Assembly: GCA_036821185.1 (NCBI GenBank)
Contig: DAISKD010000004.1
Location: 6,063 to 70,062 of the forward strand
Reading direction: 5' to 3'
Length of the DNA: 64,000 bases
Origin: Chloroflexota bacterium
GTDB lineage: Bacteria; Chloroflexota; Dehalococcoidia; GIF9; UBA5629
The notes beneath the pieces are model-generated. The model made no database searches. It was given only the letters and a program-made list of their open reading frames with translations, and was not told the DNA's origin. The position numbers and the translations under genes are program-made. Below are positions 36,888 through 46,630 of the stretch, piece after piece; position 1 is the first letter of the stretch; every line of letters begins with the position of its first letter.

Positions 36888-38066
36888 TCACGGACCGAGG
36901 AGCCTGACCACCCTGTCAAGTATGCTATCAGCAACCTCTCGCTTAGGAAGCAATGGTAGCTCTTCAACTCCACCAGTCCGTTCAATCAGCACCACCCGGT
37001 TTGTCTCGGCACCGATTGCAGACACGTCGTTGGCAACAATTAGGTCGAGCTGTTTCTTCCTAAGTTTTTCCCTGGCATTGGCTAGCAGGTCCTCGCTCTC
37101 GGCAGCAAAACCCACCCTGAGGAAATTACCCTTTACTTCACCGAGGATATCGGGCGTCCTCTCCAGTTCCACGGTCAACCTCTCCGCCCTGTCGCGCTTT
37201 ATCTTGCTCTCAGCCATTCTGGCAGGACGATAGTCAGCTACCGCCGCTGCCATAATCAGGACATCGGCCTTCTCCACCGCCCTCTTCACCGCCTGGTACA
37301 TCTCCTGCGCTGTGATGACTTCCACCACCTCCACACCGTAGGGTCTGGGCAGGGTGGTGGGGGCGGTGACTAGCACCACCTCAGCACCGCGGTCCCTGGC
37401 GGCCTCAGCAATGGCATAGCCCATCCTGCCCGAGGAGCGGTTGGTGAGACAGCGCACCGGGTCCAGGGGCTCCTGCGTCCCGCCCGCGGTCACCACAATG
37501 CGCTTCCCCGCCAGGTCACCGCTCTTGCCCAGCACCCGGGAAATAGCCGCCATAATCTCGCTTACGTCCACCAGCCGCCCCAGGCCCATTTTCCCCGAAG
37601 CCAGCCTGCCGTAACCGGGACCGACAAAAATGAAGCCACGAGCCTTGAGTCTAGTTATGTTTTCCTGAGTTATCTGGTTTTCATACATATTGACGTCCAT
37701 AGCCGGTGCCACGATCACGGGGGCTTTGGTCGCTAGCACCGTACAGGACAGCATATCATCGGCTATACCGGTGGCTATTTTGGCAATGGTATTTGCCGTC
37801 GCCGGTGCTATCACCACCACATCAGCCGCTTCAGCCAGTGCCACATGCTCCACGCTATACTCGGAAGCTAGCTCGAACATTTTAGTCACCACCGGCCTGC
37901 CGGTGATGTTGCGAAAGGTCAGTGGCGTGATGAACTGGGTTGCCGCCTCGGTCATCACCACCTCCACCTTTGCCCCCGCCTGAGTCAGCTGGCTCGCCAG
38001 CTCAGCAGCCTTATAAGCTGCTATACTTCCAGTCACCCCGAGTACCACTGTCTTGCCTTTTATCAT
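36888..38066 (-). CDS. coaBC: Phosphopantothenoylcysteine decarboxylase/ligase
   Basis: GSIAAYKA, APATANTIAK, PAMDVNMY, TAGGTQE.LDPVR..TNRSSGRMG. Confidence 0.97.
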   Translation of the reverse strand: MIKGKTVVLGVTGSIAAYKAAELASQLTQAGAKVEVVMTEAATQFITPLTFRNITGRPVVTKMFELASEYSVEHVALAEAADVVVIAPATANTIAKIATGIADDMLSCTVLATKAPVIVAPAMDVNMYENQITQENITRLKARGFIFVGPGYGRLASGKMGLGRLVDVSEIMAAISRVLGKSGDLAGKRIVVTAGGTQEPLDPVRCLTNRSSGRMGYAIAEAARDRGAEVVLVTAPTTLPRPYGVEVVEVITAQEMYQAVKRAVEKADVLIMAAAVADYRPARMAESKIKRDRAERLTVELERTPDILGEVKGNFLRVGFAAESEDLLANAREKLRKKQLDLIVANDVSAIGAETNRVVLIERTGGVEELPLLPKREVADSILDRVVRLLGP

Positions 38067-38070
38067 GTAC

Positions 38071-38844
38071 TCACTCCCTGCCTCTGTTCATCTCGTATAT
38101 CAGACGTAAGCCGACCAGCGTAAGGTCAGGATTCACCTCCTCAATCACCGGAGTCTCTCTAGCTAGAAGCTCAGCATACCCGCCAGTAGCAATCACCTTC
38201 GCCTTCACGCCAAGCTCCTTCTGCATGCGGGATATCACCCCCTCGATGAGCCCGGCGTAACCATATACAATCCCTGATAGCATCGCTGCCACCGTATTCC
38301 TGCCAATAGCCCTCTTGGGCACATCAAGCTCCAGCCTGGGCAGGGCAGCCGTCCGAGTGAAAAGAGCCTCGGTGGCAATGGCGATCCCGGGAGCAATGGC
38401 ACCCCCCAGATAGTCCCCCTCTTCGGAGACAGCATCGAAGGTGATGGCAGTCCCCAGGTCAATCACAATCACCGGCCCACCGTAGAGATGGTGTGCTGCC
38501 ACCGCGTTCACCACTCGGTCAGCACCCACCTCCCTGGGGTTGTCCAGGCGAATCTTTACCCCCGTCTTCACTCCAGCCTCCACCACGAGTGGCTTGGTCC
38601 TGAAATACCGCCGGCACATCTCCTCGAAAACGCCTACCAGCGGCGGCACCACGCTGCACAGCACAGCCTCATTTATACTGGCTGCTGTCAGCCCATGCCG
38701 TTCCGTGAGATGAAGAAACAGGCTGCCATATTCGTCAGAGGTGCGATGCACGTCCGTTCCTATTCGCCAGGTCGCCTTCAATTTGCTGCCATCAAACACC
38801 CCAACGGTAATATTGGTATTGCCTACATCAAGAGCCAGCAACAC
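38071..38844 (-). CDS. coaX: Type III pantothenate kinase
   Basis: LALDVGNTN, GADRVVNA, IDLGTAITFD, GGAIAPG, ATGG. Confidence 0.96.
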   Translation of the reverse strand: MLLALDVGNTNITVGVFDGSKLKATWRIGTDVHRTSDEYGSLFLHLTERHGLTAASINEAVLCSVVPPLVGVFEEMCRRYFRTKPLVVEAGVKTGVKIRLDNPREVGADRVVNAVAAHHLYGGPVIVIDLGTAITFDAVSEEGDYLGGAIAPGIAIATEALFTRTAALPRLELDVPKRAIGRNTVAAMLSGIVYGYAGLIEGVISRMQKELGVKAKVIATGGYAELLARETPVIEEVNPDLTLVGLRLIYEMNRGRE

Positions 38845-38846
38845 GT

Positions 38847-40424
38847 CTAACCTCCCGAACCAGTCGCTTTGAGATGTTTTATCACCCTGGGCAGGACGGG
38901 CAAAAGGTCGCTTGCCAGCATCCCGGCGTCGCCCAGCTCTTCTCTCACCACCTCTCCAGCCTCTCCATGCAGATAGACACCGCAGGCAGCAGCATCAAAA
39001 GGCGCTAGTCCCTGCGCCAGCAACCCGGCAATCACCCCACTGAGCACATCACCAGTGCCTGCCGAGGCCAGACCGGGATTAGCCACCTGACTGATCTTCA
39101 CCTCGCCATCCTGTGCCGCCACCACAGTATAAGCACCTTTGAGCACCACCACTTGTTGCCACTCCCTGGCTTTCTCTCTCGCTATTTCTACGCGCCGCTG
39201 CTGCACCTCAGCGATAGTAGCCCTGCTCAAGCGCGCCATCTCTCCGGGATGCGGCGTTAGTATAGCACCACCACTCAGCTTCTGCCACCACTCTGGCACC
39301 TGCGACAAGATGTTCAGCCCGTCGGCATCGATGACCAGATGGGGCCTCTGTCTTACCAACATATCCAGCAGGAGAGACCTTACAAATTTGACCACCGAGG
39401 ATCTCTGCCCCAGTCCACAGCCGATCAGCAGCACTTCGTAATTAGGCAAATGTTCCAGCACAGTTACTGCAGCTTTCTCACCAACAACGCCTGTCTCCTT
39501 TTCAGGAAGCGGAATGTAGGTCACTTCGGTCAACTTCGTCGCCAGGATGGGTTGCAAGCTCTGGGGCACAGCCAGTGTTACCAGTCCGGCACCCACCCTG
39601 GCAGCCCCCATGCAGGCGAGATAGGCCGCACCTATATAGTTTATCGAGCCGGCCACCACCAGCACCCTGCCAAACGTTCCTTTGTTGGCATCCCGGGGGC
39701 GCACAGGCAAGACCGAGCGTGCCCATTGCGCAGTTATCAACTCAGCCTTAACCCCCTCTGCCAATTCTGGCGGTATCCCGATATCAACGACGATGACCTT
39801 GCCCGCCCTCTCTGCACCGGGAAAGTTGTAGAGCCCTAACTTGGGGTAGCCAAGCGTCACCGTAAAGTCCGCACCCGGACATCTAGGATCAACAGCCCCG
39901 GTATCGGCATCAAGCCCTGAGGGTATATCGACCGCCACGATGATGACCTCCGGACGGCTCATCTTGAGCTGTGATAGCTTGCCCAAAACTTCGCCCAACA
40001 CGCCTTCCAGCGCCCGACTTTTCCCCGTCCCCAGCACAGCATCAACCACAACTTCAGACGAACTCAAAAGACTGTCGAGGTTTCTGAAATCGTCATCCTC
40101 CCAGGCCTTGAATAGTGCCAGTCCCCGCTCCACAGCAAGTGCCAGATTCTTGTCCGCAGGAGACCGCTGGGCACAAAGATAGAGCACGACTTCAGCTCCC
40201 CAATCCGAGAGATAGCACCCAGCCACCAGCCCATCGCCGCCATTGTTGCCGGGTCCCACCAGCACCGACACCTTTCTACTGACAGCACCGCCCATGAGCT
40301 TTCGTGTCTCCTCAGCCACGGCTCGCCCGGCGTTTTCCATCAGCACCTCAGTGGTAATGCCGATATCGGCAGCGGCACGGTCTATACGGCGCATCTCCTC
40401 AGCGGAAACCACTTTCATAGCCAC
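38847..40424 (-). CDS. nnr: Bifunctional NAD(P)HX epimerase/dehydratase (YjeF)
   Basis: LMENAG, GPGNNGGDG, DIPSG, NKGTFG, IDADGLN, LTPHPGEM, AGTGDVL. Confidence 0.95.
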   Translation of the reverse strand: MAMKVVSAEEMRRIDRAAADIGITTEVLMENAGRAVAEETRKLMGGAVSRKVSVLVGPGNNGGDGLVAGCYLSDWGAEVVLYLCAQRSPADKNLALAVERGLALFKAWEDDDFRNLDSLLSSSEVVVDAVLGTGKSRALEGVLGEVLGKLSQLKMSRPEVIIVAVDIPSGLDADTGAVDPRCPGADFTVTLGYPKLGLYNFPGAERAGKVIVVDIGIPPELAEGVKAELITAQWARSVLPVRPRDANKGTFGRVLVVAGSINYIGAAYLACMGAARVGAGLVTLAVPQSLQPILATKLTEVTYIPLPEKETGVVGEKAAVTVLEHLPNYEVLLIGCGLGQRSSVVKFVRSLLLDMLVRQRPHLVIDADGLNILSQVPEWWQKLSGGAILTPHPGEMARLSRATIAEVQQRRVEIAREKAREWQQVVVLKGAYTVVAAQDGEVKISQVANPGLASAGTGDVLSGVIAGLLAQGLAPFDAAACGVYLHGEAGEVVREELGDAGMLASDLLPVLPRVIKHLKATGSGG

Positions 40425-40436
40425 AGACCGTTCCCT

Positions 40437-40964
40437 CTAGCCTTCGTGTCCACCCTCCTCTCCATCCCCACATTCCATGACAAGTCTCTGCAAGATGCGG
40501 TTCATAGCCTGCCAGTGAGTACCCCGCCAGTAAACGCGGTGGCAGGAAGGGCACTCCATAAATTGTTCTTTCGTTCTGAAAACATAGGGAGGCACCCGCC
40601 CGCGCACCTCTTCCTTTGTCCTTTCCACCAGAGTATGGTTACACTCCAGACAGATGGAGAACGGCTTGAAGCGGCAGTCCAGATGAAGTGCCTGTATCAC
40701 CTTACGCAGTTGTTCTTTAGGGTTGTCCACATCCAGAAACACAGCCTTCACCTTACCGCTGGTGACCACCTTCCTTCTCATAATCTGGCTGTCTTTGGTC
40801 AGCACCACCCTGTTCTGGACTAATGCCGTCCTGACCAAGCTGCCGTCGTCCTCGTCTTTGAACAGCACCGCGTTATAACCCATCATCCGCAACCATTTCG
40901 CCAGCTTTCCCACATTATGGTCTACCACAAATCTCGGTTCGTCAGACTGCGTTGTTTGGGACAT
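40437..40964 (-). CDS. Mut7-C RNase domain protein
   Basis: FVVDHNVGKLAKWLRMMGY, CLECN, CPSCHRVYWRGTHW. Confidence 0.9.
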   Translation of the reverse strand: MSQTTQSDEPRFVVDHNVGKLAKWLRMMGYNAVLFKDEDDGSLVRTALVQNRVVLTKDSQIMRRKVVTSGKVKAVFLDVDNPKEQLRKVIQALHLDCRFKPFSICLECNHTLVERTKEEVRGRVPPYVFRTKEQFMECPSCHRVYWRGTHWQAMNRILQRLVMECGDGEEGGHEG

Positions 40965-40966
40965 GG

Positions 40967-41635
40967 CTAGCTTACCTTCAATGGATTGAAATCGACCTGG
41001 TAGTCATATACATCGAGCCCTTCTTTGCGTTTCAGATAGCCCACCACCAGATAGGTGAATGGGGTGGCCATCACCTCATAGGCCACTTTGACCAGCCAGT
41101 GGCTGAGCACCATTGTCACCAGCACTGCCACAGGCAATACCCCAGCGAAAGCGATGCTGAGCACCACCACGGTGTCCACCCCTTGCCCCACCACAGTGGA
41201 GCCGATGGTCCTGGTCCATAACCACCGGCCACGAGTCCACACCTTCATCTTAGACAGCACTATAGCGTTGGTGAACTCGCCAGCGAGGTAGGCCAGAAAG
41301 GACGCCAGCAAGAAGCGTGGAGTACTGCCCAGTATACGCTCATACGCCTGCTGCGCTTCGAAGACCGAAGCCGGCGGCAATATTTTGGCCACCCATATAG
41401 CTGCCACAGCCACCAAGTTGCACAGGAAACCCAGCCAGATAACTCGCCGTGCCTGCTGGTAGCCGTAGACCTCGGTGAGCACGTCACCGATGATATAGCT
41501 CAGCGGAAAGATGATTATCGCCGCTGGCAGGACCAAGCCGGCAATGCTTACCTGCTTTACGATGATGATATTGGCTGTTATCAGACAGGTGACAAATAGG
41601 GCGGCTACGACTACAAATCTGTGTGACACCGTCAT
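40967..41635 (-). CDS. Queuosine precursor transporter (YhhQ/VUT family)
   Basis: ANII.VK, FPLSYIIGDVLTEVYG...ARR.IW.GF, RTIGSTVVGQ.VDT. Confidence 0.9.
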   Translation of the reverse strand: MTVSHRFVVVAALFVTCLITANIIIVKQVSIAGLVLPAAIIIFPLSYIIGDVLTEVYGYQQARRVIWLGFLCNLVAVAAIWVAKILPPASVFEAQQAYERILGSTPRFLLASFLAYLAGEFTNAIVLSKMKVWTRGRWLWTRTIGSTVVGQGVDTVVVLSIAFAGVLPVAVLVTMVLSHWLVKVAYEVMATPFTYLVVGYLKRKEGLDVYDYQVDFNPLKVS

Positions 41636-41662
41636 TCTAAAAGCCCATGTCTCATTCCAGCA

Positions 41663-42622
41663 TCACAGCCAGCCCCGGCGGTGCAACAACCACAGCATCC
41701 CCAACACAGATATTACCATTATCAAAAGAAGAAGCCCGAAGGAGGTCAGGGATCCTTCATCCACACCACCGGGCAAAGCCACGTTCATCCCGTAAATACT
41801 GGCAATCAACATAGGTGGTGTTAGTAATGCCATCACAATGGTCAACACCCGCATCGTCTCCTGTAACCGGTGGGACGTCAGCCAATTGGCGGTGTCCATC
41901 AAGCCATCAACTACCTCTTTGGCATCCTCAAGACCGTCCCAGATCTTCCTGATATGGTCGGCAATATCACCAAAATATATGTCCTGGTCCTCCTTGAAAA
42001 AGGGGTACTCCTCCTTCTCCAATGCCTCCATGACTGGTATCTGGGGATGGATAACACGTCGGAAGGAAATGAGGTCGCGCCGGATTAGCGATATTTCGTT
42101 AACCGTCTCCGGCACGGGACGGGCAAAGACCATGCTCTCCGCTTTTTCAATATTGTCAACTACCTTACGCAGGATAGGAAAACAATAGTTGACCAGGTTG
42201 TCCAGTATATAGTAAAGCAGGAACCCAGAGCTGCGCCCCATATATGTACTGGATATCCTTTCGTCCAGCCGGCATTCCTCAAAGAACTTAGCCAGCGGCT
42301 TCAAGTCTCCCTGTTTGTGCACCGTGACCACATAGGTCTCGCCGATAAAGATGTCCACCTCGCTGGGAGTAGTTACCCGGTTGCGCTTATCGAACACGGG
42401 GAAATGGAGCACAATGAACAGGTGGTCCTGATATTCATCAATCTTGGGACGTTGCACCCGGCTGAGCACATCGTCCAGGTTTAAATGGTGGAAGTTGAAG
42501 TTCTGTCGCAGGTACTCAACTTCTTTCTCAGTGGGCTTTTCGATATAGACCCAGTTCAGCTTACCATAGCTGATTGAGGTAACATTCAGCCCGTCTTTAA
42601 TGTCCACTCTGGGCGCAGCCAC
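41663..42622 (-). CDS. corA: Magnesium transporter CorA family
   Basis: QRPKIDEY and ASIYGMNV (GMN motif), two C-terminal TM helices. Confidence 0.93.
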   Translation of the reverse strand: MAAPRVDIKDGLNVTSISYGKLNWVYIEKPTEKEVEYLRQNFNFHHLNLDDVLSRVQRPKIDEYQDHLFIVLHFPVFDKRNRVTTPSEVDIFIGETYVVTVHKQGDLKPLAKFFEECRLDERISSTYMGRSSGFLLYYILDNLVNYCFPILRKVVDNIEKAESMVFARPVPETVNEISLIRRDLISFRRVIHPQIPVMEALEKEEYPFFKEDQDIYFGDIADHIRKIWDGLEDAKEVVDGLMDTANWLTSHRLQETMRVLTIVMALLTPPMLIASIYGMNVALPGGVDEGSLTSFGLLLLIMVISVLGMLWLLHRRGWL

Positions 42623-42688
42623 GGTACCACCTATTCTTCTTCAAATTTGTTGCCCTATTTTAGCACACTGCGATAAAGAGGCTGTAGG

Positions 42689-43972
42689 CTAATAGACACG
42701 CTCATCTACAATAAGTTTATGCCCTTCGGGTATTGTCCCCTGAGGTACGAATTCAACCCGATCCACCCTCACCCTGATCGCCCCGCTGACCGTCTCCTTT
42801 ATATCTTCAGCCAACCCCGCGGTGGGTAACACCCCCTCTTTAAGCTCCACTTTCAGCGTCAGTTCGTCCCGATAGCCCGGCCTGGTCACCACAGCCTGAA
42901 ATCTAGCTACCTGGGAAAATCGCGCCATCGCCGGCTCGAGCTGCCTGGGATGAACAAACAACCCCCTCACCCGCACCGCCTCACCCGTTCTGCCCAAGAT
43001 CCGCGTTATCCTCAGAGAGGTCCTGCCGCATGGGCAGGGTTCTGCTATCAGCGCAGCAAGGTCGCCGGTGCCAAACCTTATAAGCGGATAGGTCTCGTCT
43101 ATCGGTGTGACTACTACTTCACCGACTTCCCTCGGAGACACCGGGGCTCCCGTATCCGGGTTCAGTATCTCCACTATCACTCCCTCCGCAATATGCATTC
43201 CTTCTTTCCCACCGCACTCGTAAGCGAATAGCCCCACGTCTGCGGTCCCATAGACATCTCTGGTGGTGATGCCGTATTTCTCTTCCACCAGCCTCCTTAT
43301 AGGCCCACCCCCCATCTCCCCGCCAATACATGCCAGCCTAAGGTTAAAGTCCTTGATCACATCGTAACCCAGCTCCTCAGCCTTGTTGATAATATTCATA
43401 AAAAACCCGGTGCTGCCGAAGAAACCGGTCACTTGGAGCTGCCTCATCACCTCAACGTGGAGCTCGGTGTTCCCCACCCCCATTGGTATCACCGTAGCGC
43501 CAGCCCGCCTTAAAGCCTCGTCCACCATCAACCCGGCGGGCACCAGATGGTACGACCAGGCATTGATGATCACATCGCCCTTGCCGAACCCTACAGACTG
43601 GACCAGATGTCGATGTCTCTCCCAGAAAGCCTCGCTTTTGTGGTGCGGGTCATATATCGGTCCCGGAGATACGTACACCCTTTCCAGCTCAGTTACCGGC
43701 AAGGTTACCAGCCCCCCGAGAGGCGGCCGGCTCTTAAATAGGTCTATAAGTTCGTCCTTCCGCAGCACAGGCAAAGCCTGCAGGTCGCCTATACCCTTGA
43801 CCTTACGGGGGTCTATGCCCGCTTTCTCAAACCTTTCGCGTATGGACGGTGCCCTCTCACAAGCATAGATGACCACTTGTGCCAGCTTCTCGTCAAGATA
43901 GCGCTCCCTTTCCCCTTGGGACATAGCCGCCAACGTGTCTATCGGCACAGCAAAAAGTTCAGCCATCGTCAA
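42689..43972 (-). CDS. Phenylacetate-CoA ligase-family AMP-binding protein
   Basis: SPGPIYDP, YGTADVG, PLIRFGTGDL, GRTGEAVRVRGLFVHP. Confidence 0.85.
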   Translation of the reverse strand: MTMAELFAVPIDTLAAMSQGERERYLDEKLAQVVIYACERAPSIRERFEKAGIDPRKVKGIGDLQALPVLRKDELIDLFKSRPPLGGLVTLPVTELERVYVSPGPIYDPHHKSEAFWERHRHLVQSVGFGKGDVIINAWSYHLVPAGLMVDEALRRAGATVIPMGVGNTELHVEVMRQLQVTGFFGSTGFFMNIINKAEELGYDVIKDFNLRLACIGGEMGGGPIRRLVEEKYGITTRDVYGTADVGLFAYECGGKEGMHIAEGVIVEILNPDTGAPVSPREVGEVVVTPIDETYPLIRFGTGDLAALIAEPCPCGRTSLRITRILGRTGEAVRVRGLFVHPRQLEPAMARFSQVARFQAVVTRPGYRDELTLKVELKEGVLPTAGLAEDIKETVSGAIRVRVDRVEFVPQGTIPEGHKLIVDERVY

Positions 43973-44128
43973 CTATCTCCCGCTTAGTGGTTGCCATCAT
44001 CAGGACTATCACCCGCAATAGAACCCCACTCAAGCCCGCAGGTGGACTTCAGTATACCACTAGCCCACCACGTACTCAATAGCCCTCAAAGTAGCCAATA
44101 GGCCAGCGTTTTCTGGTGGAAATGTCAC

Positions 44129-44157
44129 TTGATATGTAGTCAGCAAAAAGCTATAGT
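44129..44157 (+). promoter_or_regulatory. Promoter for lacD-pyk-pfkB
   Basis: TTGATA (44129-44134), 17 bp, TATAGT (44152-44157). Confidence 0.65.
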
Positions 44158-44186
44158 GTAACATAAGGACTACAGGGGCAAGGAAA

Positions 44187-45182
44187 ATGCGAACGCTGAG
44201 CATCGGCAAAATAAGAGGGTTGCAGCAGATATCGACCGCTGATGGCATATTCACCATGTGCGCCATGGACCACCGCGACTCACTGAAGAGCATGATCGAA
44301 AAGGCACAGGGTAAACAGCCTGGATATGAGGAGATGGTCGAATACAAACTCGACCTGTGCGCCGCACTTGCCCCCCACGCCAGTGCCGTGCTTCTAGACC
44401 CCATTTATGGCGCACCGCAATGTATCGCCAGCGGAGTGCTGCCGCGTACCACGGGCCTGCTCGTCAGCATTGAAGCCACCGGCTATGAGAGTACCTCTGA
44501 AGGGCGGGTAACCAGATTGCTCAATGGATGGGGTGTGGACAAAATCAAGCGAATGGGCGCCTCCGCCGTAAAGATCCTCGTCTATTATCGCCCTGACATT
44601 ACCAAAGCAGCCACAAAGCAACAGGATACCATCAAAAAAGTAGCGAAGGATTGTCTTAAATACGACATACCCTTTCTGGTCGAACCGAAGACATACGCTT
44701 TGCGGAATGAGGACCCGAGGTCAGCGCAGTTCGCTGCCAGTAGGCCCAACCTTGTCATTGAGACTGTGCGTCAGCTGACCTCCATGCCGTTGGACGTGCT
44801 TAAGGTAGAGTTTCCCGCTGATTTCGAGTACGAGACTGATGAAAAGAGGCTTCTAGAGCTTTGCCACCAGCTTGATGAGGCGGCGACAGTGCCCTGGGTA
44901 ATACTCAGCGCAGGTATAGACTATCCGGCTTTCCGCAAAGAGGTAGAATTTGCCTGCCGTGCTGGAGCTTCGGGATTCCTCGGCGGCCGTGCCATATGGC
45001 AAGAGGCGGTAGCGATAAGGGACAGGAAAGAGCGGCTGAAGTTCCTCTCTACCACTGTGGTCGATAGGCTAAAAGAATTGACGGATATAGCCTCCAGATA
45101 CGGTATGCCATGGTACCGTAAGCTAAACATGGACAACTCCCGTCTTACCCCAATCGGTGACGGCTGGTACCGGGAGTACTGA
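44187..45182 (+). CDS. lacD: Tagatose-1,6-bisphosphate aldolase-family class I aldolase (LacD/YihT)
   Basis: AMDHRDSL, LLDPIYG, KILVYYRPD, PFLVEP, DVLKVEFP, PWVILSAG, SGFLGGRAIW. Confidence 0.9.
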   Translation: MRTLSIGKIRGLQQISTADGIFTMCAMDHRDSLKSMIEKAQGKQPGYEEMVEYKLDLCAALAPHASAVLLDPIYGAPQCIASGVLPRTTGLLVSIEATGYESTSEGRVTRLLNGWGVDKIKRMGASAVKILVYYRPDITKAATKQQDTIKKVAKDCLKYDIPFLVEPKTYALRNEDPRSAQFAASRPNLVIETVRQLTSMPLDVLKVEFPADFEYETDEKRLLELCHQLDEAATVPWVILSAGIDYPAFRKEVEFACRAGASGFLGGRAIWQEAVAIRDRKERLKFLSTTVVDRLKELTDIASRYGMPWYRKLNMDNSRLTPIGDGWYREY

Positions 45183-45185
45183 AAT

Positions 45186-46628
45186 ATGGGCCTTTACATC
45201 CCACCAAAGCCTTATCGCAGGACCAAAATCGTCTGCACCATCGGACCGAGCAGCAGTTCCGCTGAGACCATCCAGAAAATGCTTGAGGCTGGTATGGATG
45301 TCGCCAGGCTCAACTTCTCTCATGGCACTCACAAGGAACATGCCGCGGTGATAAGAACGTTACGCAGGGTAGCCAGGAGAGCTGGCTTCCCTCTGGCTAT
45401 AATGCAGGACTTACCTGGCCCTAAAAACCGGACAGGCAAACTGAAGAATGGCACCATAGAACTAAGAGAGGGGGCAGAATTTATTTTGACCACAAAGCAG
45501 GTGCTGGGCAATGAGCACTTAGTCTCTGTCGAGCTACCAGAGTTGCCTAAAAAAGTGAAACCCGGACATGCAATCTACCTGGATGATGGTGCTATAGAAC
45601 TGAAAGTGATCGAAACCGGCTCCACCGATGTCCGCTGTCTGGTGGTGACAGGGGGCATACTCGGGGAGGAGAAAGGTATAAACGTCCCTAATGTAGACTG
45701 GGATACGCCAGCAATCACCGATGAGGACTGGGAGCATCTTCGCTTCGGCCTTAAACACGAGGTAGATTTTGTGGCACTGTCTTTCATTGAAGAGGCTGGC
45801 GACATTAAGAAAGTGAAAGAATTCCTGCGCCGGGGCAACACTCCCCCTGCAGTAATAGCCAAGATAGAAAGACAGGAAGCCCTGGATAACCTGGATGAGA
45901 TACTTGACACAGCCGATGGTGCCATGGTCGCCAGAGGCGACCTGGGTATTGAAATACCGCTGCCCAGAGTGCCTGTCGTCCAAAAGGAGATCATCAAAAA
46001 ATGCAATCGCCTTGGCAAGCCGGTCATCGTCGCCACCCAGATGCTAGAGTCCATGGTCAGTTCCCCCCGTCCCACCAGGGCTGAGGTCACCGATGTCGCC
46101 AATGCCATCTTTGACGGTGCCGATGCCATCATGCTCTCCGAAGAGACAGCGATAGGAGAGTACCCGGTTGAGTCCGCCTCCATAATGGCACAGATCGCTC
46201 TGGAAGCCGAGGCCGCCCTGCCCTACGAGGAGATACTTCTGAACAAGGAAAAGGACGTGCAGCCGAAAACCGATGATGCCATAAGCTACGCCGCCTGTCA
46301 TACCGCCCACCAGCTTGGAGCCGCTGCCATCGTAGCCTTCACTTCTTCAGGAAGCACCGCCAGACGCGCCTCAAAGTATCGTCCCAGAGCGCCCATCCTG
46401 GCTATCACCCCGAACCGTAGCACACAGCGCCAGCTCTCCCTGTCATGGGGGGTGCGCGCCTTTCACTTCCCCGAACCTTCGCGCCTAACAGTCCTCTTCG
46501 CTCGCGGTGGCCGGCTGGCTAAAAAGACTGGTCTGGCCAGGAAAGATGATATAGTGGTGATCACCGGCGGCGTGCCCATCGGTGTTCCGGGTAGCACCAA
46601 CTTGCTTAAGGTGGAAAGAGTGAGGTAA
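45186..46628 (+). CDS. pyk: Pyruvate kinase
   Basis: TKIVCTIGP, ARLNFSHG, IAKIE, MVARGDLG, ATQMLESM...PRPTRAE. Confidence 0.98.
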   Translation: MGLYIPPKPYRRTKIVCTIGPSSSSAETIQKMLEAGMDVARLNFSHGTHKEHAAVIRTLRRVARRAGFPLAIMQDLPGPKNRTGKLKNGTIELREGAEFILTTKQVLGNEHLVSVELPELPKKVKPGHAIYLDDGAIELKVIETGSTDVRCLVVTGGILGEEKGINVPNVDWDTPAITDEDWEHLRFGLKHEVDFVALSFIEEAGDIKKVKEFLRRGNTPPAVIAKIERQEALDNLDEILDTADGAMVARGDLGIEIPLPRVPVVQKEIIKKCNRLGKPVIVATQMLESMVSSPRPTRAEVTDVANAIFDGADAIMLSEETAIGEYPVESASIMAQIALEAEAALPYEEILLNKEKDVQPKTDDAISYAACHTAHQLGAAAIVAFTSSGSTARRASKYRPRAPILAITPNRSTQRQLSLSWGVRAFHFPEPSRLTVLFARGGRLAKKTGLARKDDIVVITGGVPIGVPGSTNLLKVERVR

Positions 46629-46630
46629 AC

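Noticed and set aside
41636-41662. preQ1 riboswitch before the YhhQ transporter
   Set aside because: Only 27 bp separate it from corA; no consensus.
42659-42690. Second CIRCE (TTAGCACAC half-site)
   Set aside because: No right half-site; the sequence reads as the corA -10 (TAAAAT) on the minus strand.
44135-44174. TGTAGTC/GACTACA inverted repeat at the lacD promoter as a sugar-regulator operator
   Set aside because: Short arms, a 26-nt spacer and no match to a known cre/LacI site; could be chance.
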